Assembly: GCA_046563655.1 (NCBI GenBank)
Contig: CM102286.1
Coordinates: 11,718,001-11,782,000, forward strand
DNA: 64,000 bases
DNA from: Yuukianura sp. NJ FZ-2021
Lineage: Eukaryota
Reading direction: 5' to 3'
Below, piece after piece: positions 19,201 through 31,743 of this stretch (its first letter is position 1; every line of letters begins with the position of its first letter). The notes under the pieces are model-generated. The model was not told the DNA's origin. It made no database searches and worked only from the letters and a program-made list of their open reading frames with translations. The translations under genes and the position numbers were made by a program.

Positions 19201-21945
19201 AACCTTACAGTTAGCTTAGGCTTTCCAGATCGTCGCCGTAACTACGCGGCGTTTTCATCTTGTAAGCGAAGCCTTATCTTTCTAACGAGCCAAAATTTTG
19301 ATAAAAAGCCTCCAGCAACAAAATGGTGAGTACTTTCACTCTGTGAATCCCTTAGTAACGTTATGAACAGTAAAGACTTGCAATTCCAGACATAAAGTCC
19401 TCTGATTGGCCAATTAAATGCGCTTGAACGAAAACCAATTTCCGTCGCTTTGGGTCAAGATCTGATTTGAGCTTCCTGTGCTTGTACTTCCGCTTCAAAG
19501 AACAAATGAAACAAGGGCTTACGAAGGGTATGTGCCAAATGTGCCATGGTTTTTAAGGACCCCTAGCAAATAGCTTCGGAATCGCTGCAAGCTGTCGTGC
19601 TGCCATTAGTGTACGCGTACGATTTACAAAAAAAAAACTAGGTTTTGGTATAGGAGTGTTTAAGGTTTCGTCATAACTTTAGTATAAAGTGCTTGGCGTT
19701 TTTAGTACTTGTTTGTACTTTTCTAAATTCACTGGGATTTTGAATTTTCAGTTTCATTCTGATTTTCAACCAAAGAGTATACGGAACAGAATATTTTGGA
19801 TACGCTACTGCCTCATTAGGGAGACACTATCAAGTTTCAATGGAAATCATATTTTGATGTTTGAGTTTAAGCTTATGTTTAATTAAAAGTTTATTTTGGA
19901 GTGTATTTGTTTTATGTCACGGATTGTATTTTCATTCGAAATTTTCTCCAAACTCTGTGCTGCAAGTGAGACTTGTTACGAAGGAGTTTATTTTTGGCTT
20001 GCCACATTTAATTTTACAACGCATCCACATGCTGACCGCCGATGTCGTCGCCAAGCTCGTGACTCTTAGCTACTTTTTGAGTTGACTTTAACCCATGTGT
20101 TTTTGTGCCAAAAGTGCTTCTACACAGTAGGCGCATGAACACACGGTATGCAGCCTTCGTTGACCATTTAAGAATTCCAGCTGTTACTCAGCCACCATAC
20201 AATTTCAGCATGTAAAGTAGTGCAATGCTGTGAAAACTGGAAGTTTTCAACGCGAACAAGAACGACAAACTGAGCCTACGTATTCAAAATTTGCGGTTTT
20301 CGAAACACAATTTTACTGGCAGGAATACATCAAATGCAGACAAAATCAAATATTCGAGATTATGATCATGTTGGTGTCGATAGAGAGTTAGATTAAGTTA
20401 GGGTTAAAAAATTTCAATAACTTTTTATTAGCTACACCGTCTGCTCATTCAACCTTAATTAGCAGGGTTGTCAAAAATATGTGCTAAAAACCCCAGGCAT
20501 ATGCACAAGAAATATGTTTTTTAAAAATTGCCCACATATTTACTTATTTAACATTACGGGCACGGGCAAATAAATAAATATTTAGCAAGAAAAACCCCCC
20601 AAATAATTTTTGTTAACATTACGGGCATGGAGACTAAATATGTTTGACATCCCTGTTAATTAGGCTTCTTGTAATGATCTACAGCCATCCAAGCACTGGA
20701 ATGCTATTGACCAGTAGTACATCGTTCAGAATTTCCAATATTTCATTTATTGCGTTCCTAAGCTAACTTTAATTTACGGACTCTGTAACCTCAAATGTCA
20801 ATTTCCGTCCGGTCCAATAAACTATCTCTCTGCTCATCCCGAATCTTATAGACCAGAGAAAGTTAATTGCACTCTACGGATCAAGTTAAGGATTGGTTTC
20901 AGGAACATCTAAGGAGAGCTATGGACAGCAGCACGAGATTGGCTATTCTAGTATCATGTCTTCAAGACTACAAGGTTAGTTTGTGATAGCGTAACTATGA
21001 AACAAGGAAGTGCTCAAATGAGTCCCTCACTGAGCATGGCAGTTTGCAACTAGGAAACAAAATGGTTATTAGAAACCATTCTCTCAAATAAAGACTTTCT
21101 CCGCCTAAACTTTTTCCTTTTCCCTCGCTACTTCCTTTGCAGCCTACTGTTTGTTTTGTTTACTTGCAAAATTGTCCATATGGGATGAAAGTTCTGTGCA
21201 ATTTTGGATTTTAGTAAATTTTCAGACAAAAACATTTTATTATTGCTACTTCGCAGTTCTGCAATCCTCAGAGTTTTGTCCGAATAACATACAATTTCCT
21301 ATCGCATCTGCGCCACTCTCAGTAATTTTCGGGAAAATTGCATTTTTCTAGATTTCTGAATTTAGGTTTTTCAGAAATGCTACCGGGTTTTTCCACCAAT
21401 TTTCCAAAAAATGGTAATAAAGATGATTTAGAGTTTAAAAGAAAGCTATAACAACTACAACTCAACAATAATGACTAGATGGCGAATCTTTTTTTTGCAG
21501 AAAAACTTAGGACCTGAATATTGTTCGTCCAACCTTTACATTTTTTATGATTCGCAACTCTGTAAAAATCTGCAAGCTTTCTTTCTGTTACAGTTTTGGA
21601 ATTATTTAAGGACTCACCTTCTGTGTCGTTTTGGGCATCAGTTTGAGGTCCGGAGTACTCGAAGCCTTGTTCGTCAATTTGCTTCTGAAAGTCAATCACA
21701 TCTTTGCCAGAGGTCAACTGGAATCCCGTGACCCCTGACCCGATATCTCCTTCATCCCATCTCCACTCACACGGTTCTTCAAAGTCACACGAAATGCCTG
21801 AAATTGTATTCGAATTGAGTTTACTTGGACTGGGTAGTGTAATGGGTTTTCGAATTTGGCGGGCAGAGGATACATGGATTCCCGGAATGAGCACAACACT
21901 AATCACAACAATGAGAGTCAGAAAGTTGGAGGCGGTGAAAGCCAT
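1280..21945 (-). CDS. Alk: Anaplastic lymphoma kinase-like receptor tyrosine kinase, 5' part (signal peptide, MAM1, LDLa, MAM2); gene continues beyond the left edge
   Basis: In-phase GT-AG exons read by hand: 21618-21945 (MAFTASNFLTLIVV...CDFEEPCEWRW), 13029-13242, 5026-5156 (HIAVDNIRLVNC), 4300-4428 (LDLa [35 protein letters not shown]), 2486-2653 (CNFEDGWCGW...TGPADGDHT), 2054-2181, 1775-1944, 1576-1670 (DIALDDISLSPEC), ~1280-1339. MAM-LDLa-MAM order and motifs match arthropod Alk. The kinase domain is not in the window. Confidence 0.88.
6096..7321 (+). repeat. Left terminal inverted repeat (~1,226 bp)
   Basis: Reverse complement of 11160-12353. The match ends after ...GGGCGGACTGGTCAGA. 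Confidence 0.95.
7433..7468 (+). promoter_or_regulatory. TATA box plus arthropod initiator upstream of the penton gene
   Basis: TATATAAG at 7433-7440 and TCAGT at 7464-7468 (~30-bp spacing). ATG at 7561. Confidence 0.6.
7561..8631 (+). CDS. Polinton/adintovirus minor capsid protein (penton, single jelly-roll), 356 aa
   Basis: The N-terminus YIIVDSALNSRFYPENKPNEFRANL...PLEVAISGMHY resembles the Polinton penton pattern S...YP.N..S.F...L...EVAL..I.Y. The C-terminus VVCDLAEYTQFGDKVLPLIGIFP...PRYFAV...SIYVQLLDEN...LVLHVRK resembles DI...Q.VGD...PLL.I.P...Y..V...I.I.L.D...LHFR. First ATG after the TATA/Inr is 7561; the track's 7222 start is a non-ATG codon in the TIR. Confidence 0.85.
   Translation: MAVVAKPSSRYIIVDSALNSRFYPENKPNEFRANLDPVLDGWKQPLEVAISGMHYTAAPKPQRNIFGHSEGDNVINVTEHLEVTVTIPKMDGIVKFFGHVNKELKKFDRKIVISYTNKVFSLTNDEKDHVVTMTAEYARAFGFDTNTFPNGVTHGHEYSEAVFDAIDPTINMTLHIFQDKVNLATVVEPKEKTVEGLIQAMNAALAPFQITFKYSEDEAVLKYTRESTPNYITTLSPLLDKIFGLPLGAAFKGFSQTNPAKAEIDLEVTSKHLLVVCDLAEYTQFGDKVLPLIGIFPQGDQDGKSVDLQVNVPRYFAVKGQSMINSIYVQLLDENLAPIPEAHSATQLVLHVRKST
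8818..9225 (+). CDS. Small K/R-rich protein, 135 aa, unknown function (candidate DNA-binding/core protein)
   Basis: Open ORF between the two capsid genes. Basic clusters PKKKVKKRSRPKK and GRKRRK, one CNNC motif. The start context is nearly identical to that of the major capsid gene. Confidence 0.55.
   Translation: MEVDEPGNSDFSNNSDSLTPKNGENKCDNASLATKTISSPAIVQKMSAELPKKKVKKRSRPKKVSNLKQNLTKNGSSSTDSDENLCNNCRKMQISKDNSRKPEKSAKSGRKRRKIVAKLQNLAQKAIKGSLFHNH
9195..9230 (+). promoter_or_regulatory. TATA box plus initiator upstream of the major capsid gene
   Basis: TATAAAA at 9195-9201 and TTAGTCAGT at 9222-9230. Lies at the 3' end of ORF 8818-9225. Confidence 0.55.
9371..10684 (+). CDS. Polinton/adintovirus major capsid protein (double jelly-roll, hexon-like), 437 aa
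   Basis: Motifs FDFFSKPTTDVS, PIYFRV, GYLDLSDSFLKLVFSIRKSDGTPL, APENLFFHAFI...VHVNN, YSYEAWMLTQL, SPFNFK and GNAIFAFDV match the Polinton MCP pattern (LDLF..P.TQ.S, PIEF, YIDL..T.L.V...I.K.DG, PVN.FLHSLF, YPY.AY, NPFNF, G.TLFAFDL). Length is typical. ATG at 9371; AATAAA at 10758-10763. Confidence 0.9.
   Translation: MEVNVPVNSKLVTTSAKFDFFSKPTTDVSFILGNYLVVKPYSPSTDTNPIYFRVEQPAHGYLDLSDSFLKLVFSIRKSDGTPLNDADQIAPENLFFHAFIEDFKVHVNNCQIIAQGYRAYSYEAWMLTQLFNGIGTKCSTLSKVGYYAGDVMDTYDDTNPSYKARLNLAKNSQSFEMIGRPFVGLFTTKKLFPHNTQFSFEIKKSDASFCLRGPATTTKYKITVESAEYYIRQVNPSEKIVTQIRQGFAKNKVANYSYDQAHMRLEYVSKNLSSVDLTNAYHSTMHPKLLLVGILELEVYEGKKVEKSPFNFKPHGVSRLLLKFEQKPLVYQEMIFKDKNYMLAYHNLCKLVSRQTEGNDISYDKFVNGNAIFAFDVQDLWTDGYNATRSGQYGLEIDFETPTTKDLVVLIIGIEDETLQIDGNRITGLASSKKIFF
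11102..11175 (-). ncRNA. tRNA-like, putative Pol III small RNA (74 nt), not a canonical tRNA
   Basis: Minus strand GGGCGGA-CTGGTCAGAGCGTCC-...-GTGAG-TTCGA-TTCAC-TCTGCCT-CCA. 7-bp acceptor-like stem (2 G-U), A-box-like TGGTCAGAGCG, B-box-like GAGTTCGATTC, ends in CCA, T5 run at 11092-11096. The anticodon arm does not fold well. Confidence 0.45.
11160..12353 (-). repeat. Right terminal inverted repeat (~1,194 bp)
   Basis: Reverse complement of 6096-7321. Shorter mainly because it has 2 rather than 3 copies of a ~35-bp AAACCGCAAACCACTTCCGG unit. Confidence 0.95.
12398..12633. repeat. Tandem repeat, ~19-21-bp unit built on ATTGTCGATT
   Basis: About 11 consecutive ...GA(A)TTGTCGATT(T)... units starting ~40 bp right of the right TSD. 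Confidence 0.85.
15534..15944. mobile_element. hAT-like MITE (old)
   Basis: Imperfect TIRs TAGGGGTGTAAATCC / GGATTTATACCCTTA. Degenerate 8-bp flanks CTCCCGAG / CTGCTGAG. Subterminal AATCCGGATT repeats. Confidence 0.6.
18957..19170. mobile_element. Tc1/mariner-type MITE
   Basis: TIRs ACAGGTTATACCATAA / TTATGGCATAACCTGT (15/16 match), flanked by TA on both sides. Confidence 0.5.
20463..20655. mobile_element. hAT-type MITE, 193 bp
   Basis: TIRs CAGGGTTGTCAAA / TTTGACATCCCTG. Perfect 8-bp TSD TTAATTAG (20455-20462, 20656-20663). Confidence 0.8.
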
Positions 21946-24900
21946 GTTAAAACTGACTAGATCCGGAGAGGTCACACGAGGCCAATGACTAGAATCCTCT
22001 ACTAATGTATGTTGTTAATAGGTTGTTAAGGGGCGTATCTAAAATTAAGTGCCCTTTTCAACTTCTAATTTGTAACATGTCAACTTGTGATTAAAGTACG
22101 CACGGAGCATGGAGTGTTTCAGGAAAACAGACAAGACAGGAGGAGAGTCCTTTCCCGGTTTAATTCCAATGTGTTACTGCAGGCTGCCGTGGAAGATCGG
22201 AGCCTGGGAAAAGGAAAGATGCTCGAGTTTTTTATGCGAGAGGGGAATGCGGGAGAAAATCCCGATTCGGTCCTTGGGTTCTCCATCGCATGGCAAGAAG
22301 ACTCCGAATTCGGATTTAAGCATAAGGAAGGAAGAGAGAGTAGCGCATTTCAATGCTGTCCTCACTCAGACGCTTCCTTCACTTGCCTTCCTTCTAAGGT
22401 TAAGTTAGGATCTTAAGAGTCAAGCCAAGAAACACTTTCTTTTGGCAATATTAAAAGGAACGGCTCAGGAAAATCCTCTTTTCTTAATTACTAATCTGTC
22501 TTTAGCCAAGAGAAAGTCAAACAGTTCAGGCTCTCCCTGTACAACGGATATCCAGAAAGATTTGTTCAAATAAGAAATTTAATTTTCTGGAAATTTCAAT
22601 TTCTAGTCACACTTTCGAAATGAATTTTAAATCAATCAGGTCTAATTTTGATTTAAACAAACCTAAAGCTGGAATAAATTAGTCATTAAGAACTGAAACA
22701 TGTTTTCCGGAAATTCGATTTTACGCGGGAAAGTTTCTTCTAACAAAAACGGACCAAATTTTCAGCTTTCTCCTAACCTGATTTGCTCTTTCAATTACTT
22801 CAAGGTTTCAAAATTTACTCTTTTGAAAATCTTGAATTTTTTGTTCGCAACTTTTGACAATCTCCCGCGAGAAGCATCTTGAGGCAGTTAGATTATATCT
22901 AGCCTAATTTTTCGCTTTTTTAAAGTTTCGAGTGGTTTATTTTTTCAAAATTTTGAATTCTTTGCTACTCAACATTTTTACTTTTTGAGAACTAATATGG
23001 ATATTCTATGGATGAATTCTGTTTGGTCACACTACATAAACAAAACCTTACAAGTAAAACCTTACACGTTGCTAATGTTTCTAATCAGATAATCAGAGAG
23101 TCCAAGGTTACGAAAAAAAAAAGTTTTGAGAATCGCTGGAATCTGAAAAATTTAGAACTTAAAATCGAAATCAACATAACATTTATGTAATTACATAATT
23201 CTAGAAGAAAAACGACGCTGGTGGAGGCGTCTGATGTCAGAAAAGCAACAGGAGATGAACGGTTTATAACGAAGCCCACGCAACTTTCAGATTGAGTGAA
23301 CAAAAAGCGTTGCGTTTTCCATTCACTCTTGGCGCTTCACTTATTTCAGGACATACGGTACGGAGACCGTACTACACTAACTACCAAAGCGCTGCGCTGC
23401 TTTTCATTGGAACTTGACAGAGGTTACAGTTTGCGTGGGATGACTTTTGTATCACACGGAAGTTTCCTTTCGAGACATCGAACCAAGCTCATTCAAACAA
23501 AAACCGAATCTTGTGATTAGCATCATTTCGACACTTATACTTTCTACTTTCTATGAAACCGCAGGACCGGAAACAAACTTTTATTAATGTCAAAACCAAC
23601 GCTTTAGTTGAAGTTAAACGCTGAATAAAGGTTAAACGGCGTCAGAGCGCGGGGAAACTAAATTTAGAAGTATCATAGTACGCCATTTTTAGTTTTCCTT
23701 GCATACGGACGCAAATTTGGTTTCGAATTATCCCGCTTGTCCTGAACAGAAAGTTGGCAAAGCTTCAATTTTGCAGTGTGTCCTGAATATATTATTTTGC
23801 AGCACGAAGTGCATCTTTGGCACCAACAAAACTCTCAAAGACCAAAGGTTCATGACCAAAGTCCTTGGAAATCTGAAGCGTCACAAACTTTAAGGCTTCT
23901 TGCTTAAGTAAGTAGTCACTTCTACGCTTACAAAATTTGAAGAATCAAAAATCATAACGGTTCACTGTTGCCAAGTTTTCTTAAATTTTCCGTTAAAATT
24001 AAAACTTAGTTTTGAGTGTAAGTTGAACTTTAGGGTGTTAGACTTTAAGGTGTTACAGTTAATAATAATATTTCCTCCTCCAACTTTTCCGTTGCGGTGA
24101 AAGCTTTTTTTTTGCATAACACAAGGCAAGCTTGTACAATGGTATAATTTTGTTTCGTTTAGTCTCATCTCGTATGCAAAATTTGGAAAGTCATTTTTAC
24201 GCCACAACGGAGAGAAGATTTTTTAGTATAAGAGCACACTACATTTTTTGGAATAAAAATATATTTTGTCAAAATGTTTACAGGCCACCCAGCCTAAATT
24301 GCTCACAAATATATTTGCTTGGTTAAGTTTTAAGGTAACCAAGCTATAGTCCTATCACATTGTTGGTAACTCTGGAATACAGTAACTTACATTAGGTTGT
24401 AGATACACACTAGACTCATTTGACATTTTCCAATCTGTGCTTTCTTGATTTCCCTGTAGAAATTAATTTCCAAAATCTAATTTAAATCTTGATGTTTTCC
24501 AGGGGGTAAAACCCTTATTTTAGGCATTCCAGCATAACGCCACAATTTGGTTAACAAATCCACACGGTTGAAGTGAAAGTCTACTCTTAATCTTTTGTTT
24601 ACTGTGTAGTAAACAGACTCATATGCCACAGATTTCCATTGTTTACGATTTTGGTTTACAGAAAGTTATTACATTTTTGTACACATAAATTCCAATTCTC
24701 CAAAAAATCAAGTTGATCAAACACTAATCTCCTAGGATCCAGACGAGAGTGATATATTGGAAACGACATAGTGAAACAAAGTGATTGATGATCATGTACA
24801 ATATACCATAGAAATTCATTTCTTCCAATAAATCACTTTAGAACACTAATACAACTTTAGACAGGTCAATTTTAGCAGACGAATCAAAACCGCCTGACTG

Positions 24901-27900
24901 TATGTCGCACATGTTGAAAAGCTACGACGGTTATGAGACACGCTATGTCATAAAAAAAGAATCCACGATTAAGCTAGCAACAAAAATAAAGTCATTTATG
25001 TCCCAGATACGATACTATAAGAAAAATTTTGAAAAAAATTCTTGTCAATCTTTTAATTTAAAAAAATGTGGTAAAATTTTCAGTTTAATGTGGAGCTAAA
25101 AAATATTGCGATCAAGATTGAGAAAAATAGGACAAGGAAAGATTTTGTAACTTTTTTTTTGTCAAATTCACTAAAAGTTTGTTTTGGTTTTTATAAAATA
25201 AATTTTTTCTTTAATAAACAACGTAAAATTAAAGTATTGCTCAGCATTTAATAAAATTGGAGATTGCAAATTCTTTTCTTGTATGCTTCAAACTTTGTGC
25301 TTGTTGTTTTTTAAAGACTGTTTTGTCTATTAACGTGACACTGCGCGAAAAATGTAATGAAGTGTCTCGCGAAGAAATTGGCACTTCAAAAACTTGATCG
25401 CAATCAGGTATTTTAATATTTGAAACGGAATGGTTTGGAAATTGACTTGCATAAAGAATAGAAATGAGTTTTGTCCAAAGACGGATTGCAGACATCATAA
25501 TTTGAAATTTCGTGAAGTGAATGCAGAGACATTCTACGAACTGTTTGTATTCTTCATGAACGATGAGAACGAGACACAGAAAGCATTTCCAGAATCCCAT
25601 TCTACTTCTTACTTGTTTGAATTTCCAAGCACATCCTACTATACTGCCGTTATTCCACTGCCCAAAAGAAAGTCCAACACCAAGTCGTGCTTCTGGAGCT
25701 TCGAGAAAGTTATCTGCTGGAACTCGGCAACTTTGGACTTTGGAATTCTGGATTTCTAGTATAACTATTCTCTAGGCTCAGTTGGGAGATTATGTACATC
25801 GTCAGTCAATCCCTGGACTTTACACGGCCCTTACACTCACCACTCTACAGAACTATCCGAAGAAAGATCGATCGGAGCCGGAAGATGAGCCTCTTACTGC
25901 TCACTTTGCGACGACTTCTGCTGTAATATTGCGAAAACTGTCTTACAAATAATGGTCAGGGTCAGAGACCTTGGTTCTTCCTGTTTAACATTCTGAGCAA
26001 AGGATGTTTGCAAACGACAACTATGGACATTATTTGGAGTTGCTTGGAGTGGCATTCCCTTGAACTGTAAAGGAGGCATTATGTGGGCCAACATCTTCTA
26101 GACACAAAAGTTACTTAACAACTTATTTTACTTAACAACAACCGTTTCAGTAGACTTCAACTGTACTGGAAAATGCTGTTGCTGACTGCCATCTGATAAA
26201 TGTCACAAAACTACTAGTGCACTAGATTTTTGTCCTAAATCTTCTTAGTAGCACGCATATAAAAAAGCGTTTTGAGCAGGGTATGCCAATACCAGCCGGT
26301 CTATATCAGGGCACTTGGTTGGTAGTTTTTACTTCTAACTTGCTCAGTAAAATTTTGAAAAATTCACATTTACGCTTAGTTTCGGAGGAATTGGGATTTT
26401 GAAAAATTCAGCTGAAATTCAAGTTTTTGATGTATTCGACTGGCAGAAAATTTACGCGTACATTCAGAAAACAGAATTTCTAAAAACTACTGTGATTTAA
26501 AAGGTGTAATACCACAGCGAAATCCGAGCGTAAGCCTCAATATTGGTCTTAAACAATGGTTAGTGGACATCAACTGAGAAACGTAATGAACTATATGGGA
26601 TATTGCAATTAAAAAAAAAATTACAAGATTTAGTGCAGTTTTTCTAAAACTAAACACAGAAGTTGAGTTGAAATGTACAAGACCAAGACATTTTAGTTTC
26701 ATGTAAGTTTGACTAAGAATTGGAATGATCAAAAGTGACTACACCTGATACGGAAATTTTAGTCGACATTACTAAAAGGTGGACGTTGGTTACCAAAAAA
26801 TTCTGGTTTGGCTGTGAAAGAAAAAAAAAATTAATGTTCGTTTAGTCTTTCAAGGTTTCGTGTGGGAACTGGTGAACCCTGGATTGAATTGAAAGTTTAT
26901 TCAACAATTTCTTCTTTTTCTCTCTAGTCGGGCGAAATGATCAGAGAAAGCAAGCCATAACTTGCCTCCTACAAAAGTTACTACATGGAAACTACGGAAT
27001 TAAAAGTCCATGCCAACTCCAGAATCGTTCTTCAGCATCAGTCCTTAAGTCTCCAGAATAGGGCCCTTAAAATTTCACTTTTTAAAATAAACATGTCTCC
27101 TCTGTTCCTGCTGCCTCTGAAGTGCCCACCACCTCAAACCTCTTTCACTTTCTTTTCTCCAAATAAATTGTTAATTTCAAATCGAGTGGAATAAAATGGA
27201 AGGCTCTTCCTCAGCCTATCTCAGACACAATCACGGAAATGCTGCCAAGCTCTTTTTCTTTCATTTTTCAGCGAAAAGAAAATGACATTACACGTGTGGT
27301 TCTCACAGTTACATAACAAAAATACTGTAAAGCTTGTCTTGCTATGATACTTCCTTCAAGGAGTTAGAAAATCATGTTCCCTTTCTCCTACAAAAGTCAT
27401 ACATGATTCCCATACAATGTCCTTACCAATCTCAAATATAAATCTCAATGCCACTGTATAGAAAAAAAACATAACGCAACAAAATTATAGAGGAAACAAG
27501 ATATAGATTGTTCTGCGTTTTTTTAAATGTGGAGGAAATTGAAAAGTAACTGCTGTCAAGTTCATGTATTGAAAAATCCCGTGATTCTCAGCAAATTGAA
27601 AATATAAGTTTCTTTTCTTTAAAATGAAAGTTAAGGAACACTTTAGCTGTGCAAAAAGTTGAATGGATGCTGAGAGAATCAATGGGCGTGGGTAGTTAAG
27701 CTTCGAAACAACAAAGCAAACATGAAGCTCCTTTGAAATATCGCTTAACTTGTTCTACTTTATTTGTTTCTGTCTGTGACTTGTTGAGTATTAGAAAGTT
27801 CATTCTTAGCAAAATGTCAAAGTTCAAAGTAGAATCTCTTTATACTAGGTTAGGTTAGAGAACTCGTTCGGAGCGAGTTGGTCTAACACGGCATCTTGGG

Positions 27901-30900
27901 AAAATTCAAGTGAAAGGAGGTTCTAATCTTCAATCTTGAGCTTTCCATAGCTACCAACAATTGATCAAATGATCCCTATTAATAGAGAAGCCGTGTCAAA
28001 ATTACGACATTACACATTACGTGGAAAAAGTGAGACCTTTTGATTTTGAAAAGAGCCTTGACCTCAATAGAGTTTAGCTTTTTCGTTTCATATTAATAAA
28101 GTTCTAAAAGACGCTACTACGACTTATTAAAATTTTTTGAATACATTTGCAATGAATAGAACTGAAATGGAAAACGTAAGTTCTGGCCTCAGGGCGGTTA
28201 ATAACAATTTTAATTCCATCTTCCCTGAGAACTTTATTTGTGTTTTCTTTAGCATAGTTTTAGTCGAGCCGAAAACTTTCCAATTGTAACCTGTTTTGAA
28301 AAACAACTCCATTCATTACTAAAGTTGATGTTCAAAAACATGTTGTTTTTCTTTTTACTTTTTCAAAACAAGTTTCTTCAAAGCAAGGGATTATTTTACA
28401 ATGAAAACAGCATAATTAGGAAATACTGAAACTCGCAAAAAGCGGGATGAAAGTTTTGAACAAACTGGATCTTGAGAAGGACGCTTATGAATATTTAGTG
28501 TTGGTGATGACAACAAATGTATTTGATTTGACATGAGTTATTTGAAGAAAATGCTTATGAAGAAGGGGGAAGACAAGAAAGGAAATGGGCGGAGAAAGTG
28601 CTTTCTCCTACTCTAACTGCTCCAAAACGAGTAATGACTGGCTGGGTTGCATAATGGACAAAGTTCTTCAACTACCAAAGTTATTAAAAGCGTTTTAAGT
28701 TCTTGTTCTAAAAGGATATTTGAACAGAACTCACAACAACCTTGGCTCTTTATTCAAATAGGGAAATGAGGGTTTAAAGATCTCCTTTGTTTCTAAAGAA
28801 AGATTTTGCAGAGGATGTACAAGGCTTAAGGCTAAAGACGTCATCGTGACCTCATGCATGAAGCGTGACCTTTTGCTCTCCTGGAGAAACAGAATATTCA
28901 ACGGTTTTGGATTAATGTTTATACAACTTTGTTGTTTTAAATTGTTTGTTTTAACATAGAATAAATTTGAAACTCCTCCCACAAAGTTATGCTAAACGTA
29001 CAAGATGCAGCGGTATTTTTTGGAAAGAGGATAAGGTGGTGGAAACATTTTTAAAAAATTGGTTTACATTCTACTTACCGCAAGCATTTGTTGGACAATA
29101 TTTTCTAAAGTTGCAAACTTTAACCTTGTTAACACCATCTTCCACGGCATGTTCGGCATCTGAATGATGATCCATCACTTCCTCCGTAAAACATCGTCCT
29201 AAAAGGTTATAAATAATATTTTATTCCTTACATCGTGTTTCAACACAGCGTGCGCCGAAATTATTTTTCACAACTCAAGTTTTCAGCATCAGTTTTGAGA
29301 ATTAAATTAAAGATAAAATTAATTAAACTTAGACTTAAGTTGTAGATTTGCATTTTGCATTTGTGAACACCACCAGGGTACACACAAGCACCACCTACAG
29401 TAGAACAAGAAAACTTTGGTGAAGAAATTCAGTGCGAAATTTGGAACGCTTCCGGCGCCTGCCGGTGAGCCTACTGTTTCCGAACTTTCTTTTGGATCGA
29501 GTGTTTTTCCGCCAGATGATACTGGATGCGTTTATGTTTTCACCAAGTACTTACGTTTACGTAGATGGGTGATTTCAGGCAACATAGCAACTTTCAGGTG
29601 CACGGGTGGGTAGAGTAGAGTTTGGCTTTTACAATTTCCAAAAAGCTTTTGAAAAACTTTTGAATTTGAAGCTCCACAACCTCATTTGTTCTGAAGTAAG
29701 CATACGGCTTTACTTTCTCTTCTGTTCTATTCCAAACGTCAAAGTTCAAACCCCCGCAAGTGACAATTTTGGAAGTGTTTAAACATGTCACTTCCACTCA
29801 GAATTTCAGAAAAAGTTTTGTTATCTCCTGCTATGTTTGAGTAGGAATCTTTAGGTCCGAATTTTTAGGTTAAAATTTGAAAGTGTAAGGTGAAAGTAAT
29901 CCTGAATGTCAAGAATGAGGAAAACACAATTTACGTTTTGATTCAAACGCCTACTCTTTGCTTGGAATTTAAAGTGCCATTTAAGTGGTTTAAGTAATTT
30001 AAGTAAAAAGAAATGAAACGGCAATAAGGATTTTCACTTTTACTTCCCGGCTTAACCAGAAGTTGAAAGTTGGCGATGGAAAAGTTGAGAAAGTTTTTGT
30101 TTTTGTTTACTTTAAATTATTTTCATCCAAAAATTTTCTCCGTTAAAATCAAGTTCAAGGCGCTACTTTCACTAGGCAAAACTTGTTGCAGTCAGGGTTA
30201 TAATGTGTTGCAGTGTTGTTTTTTCATCACCTTGCTACAAATGCAATAAAAATTATTTATAGAAATATAAAATATTGAACTCACATAAAAAAAATCGAAA
30301 TTCAATTTACCAGTATATCTAGAACACAGCATGTCACCGGATTGAAGTTTTAGTCAGCTCACCAAAGGTTTCACACCGTTAACAAAATTTGATTATTTCT
30401 AACTCTGATTTAACGCACAAGTCCGTCCAAATGTCACTTTCAATTCGAGAAATAAAAATCAATAAATTTTTAGTAAAAAAATCGAGTGCACACCCCGACT
30501 TGACTTAGATTCTGATAAGTACAGGTTAAATTCAATTAGTTCATGTCGAATTCAATTGTCAATTTCACTTTTATCTGCACTCAAAGTGGTCTTAGTACTT
30601 CTCAATTGACGCGTTTCGCAGTTCGGCTTCAGATTCTTTTTTCAACAAGGTTAAATCCGATTTCAATTGAATCCTTTCAACGACAAATATGGATCGATTA
30701 AGTTTCAAAAAAAAAGTACATATCCAAAGGTATCCGATCATCAAAGAGTTAGTTTTTTTTCTGTAGTTTCATCAGTAGTTCGATTTGAGTTCAATCGGAA
30801 ATGAAAAGAACGTGTACTGGCGTGGGCTTACCTTTCGTAACCCTAGTAACTGTAGCGGTGAAAGTGTTGTAGTAGCCACTACAGACTACAACCTTCCTAC

Positions 30901-31357
30901 TCTTCCGAATGTAAAGATAGATTAAACATGACATCACGACATTTTTGGAATTTATGGCACTTAAAAATAGTCCAAAGGCATTCTTAAGCCGTCATGAGAA
31001 ATGTACTGCATTGTTATGTACACAAGACCTAGTAATCGATTCCCGAAACTTACTTAAAAAATATGAAACACCGTGAACACGTCTACATAGAGAATACGCG
31101 AAGCTAATGTCACAATTGGCGAAATCAATTGTTGCTAAAGATGATGCTCCCTTTTTAGGTCATCTTATTTTTCATAATGAAATTCTGAAGAAAATGGAGT
31201 AATCAAATAAATAAATCTCAAACTTCCCGCCTCTAACAACAAAGAATTTAACCGATTCTTTGGAATGTGTCGGTGTTTCGCTAGTTTTCGAAGAAAATTA
31301 AAACAAAAAGTACACACTTCTTCAAAACGAAAAAAAAAGAGGTGGGATAAACTTTTA

Positions 31358-31743
31358 AGCCCAAGACACACAGGGAGCGAAACTGCAAACTGCAACTACG
31401 CTGTTGCTGCTTGCAGTTGCTGCTTTGTTTCCAACCTACACCAACCCACACTGAAACTACAAACTGCAGTTGCAGTGAGAAAGCAAAACTGCAGAAAGAG
31501 TGAAGTTGAGCCGAGCCAACTTCACTTTTTCTGCCGTCGCAGCAAGAACAGCGGAATTGCAGTTGCAGTGTGGCTTGGAAACTGCAACTGCAAGTTGTAG
31601 TTGGTGAAAGTCGGAGTTGTAGCTAGCTACAGCTGCTCCGACCTGCAGCGCTGCATGTAGGTGTAGTGTGGCTTGGAAACTGCAAGCCGCAACTGTGTAG
31701 TTGCTGTTTGCAGTTGCAGTTTCGGCCCTGTGTGTCTTGGGCT
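31358..31743. mobile_element. PIF/Harbinger (Tourist-like) MITE
   Basis: TIRs AGCCCAAGACACACAGGG / CCCTGTGTGTCTTGGGCT, TTA TSD, internal AACTGC/GCAGTT repeats. Confidence 0.8.

Noticed and set aside
22000..31300. Numerous 60-120-aa ORFs upstream of Alk (e.g. 22087-22416, 25241-25600, 25430-25759)
   Set aside because: No recognisable motifs, many non-ATG starts, and no consistent exon chain. Treated as intergenic/regulatory DNA.
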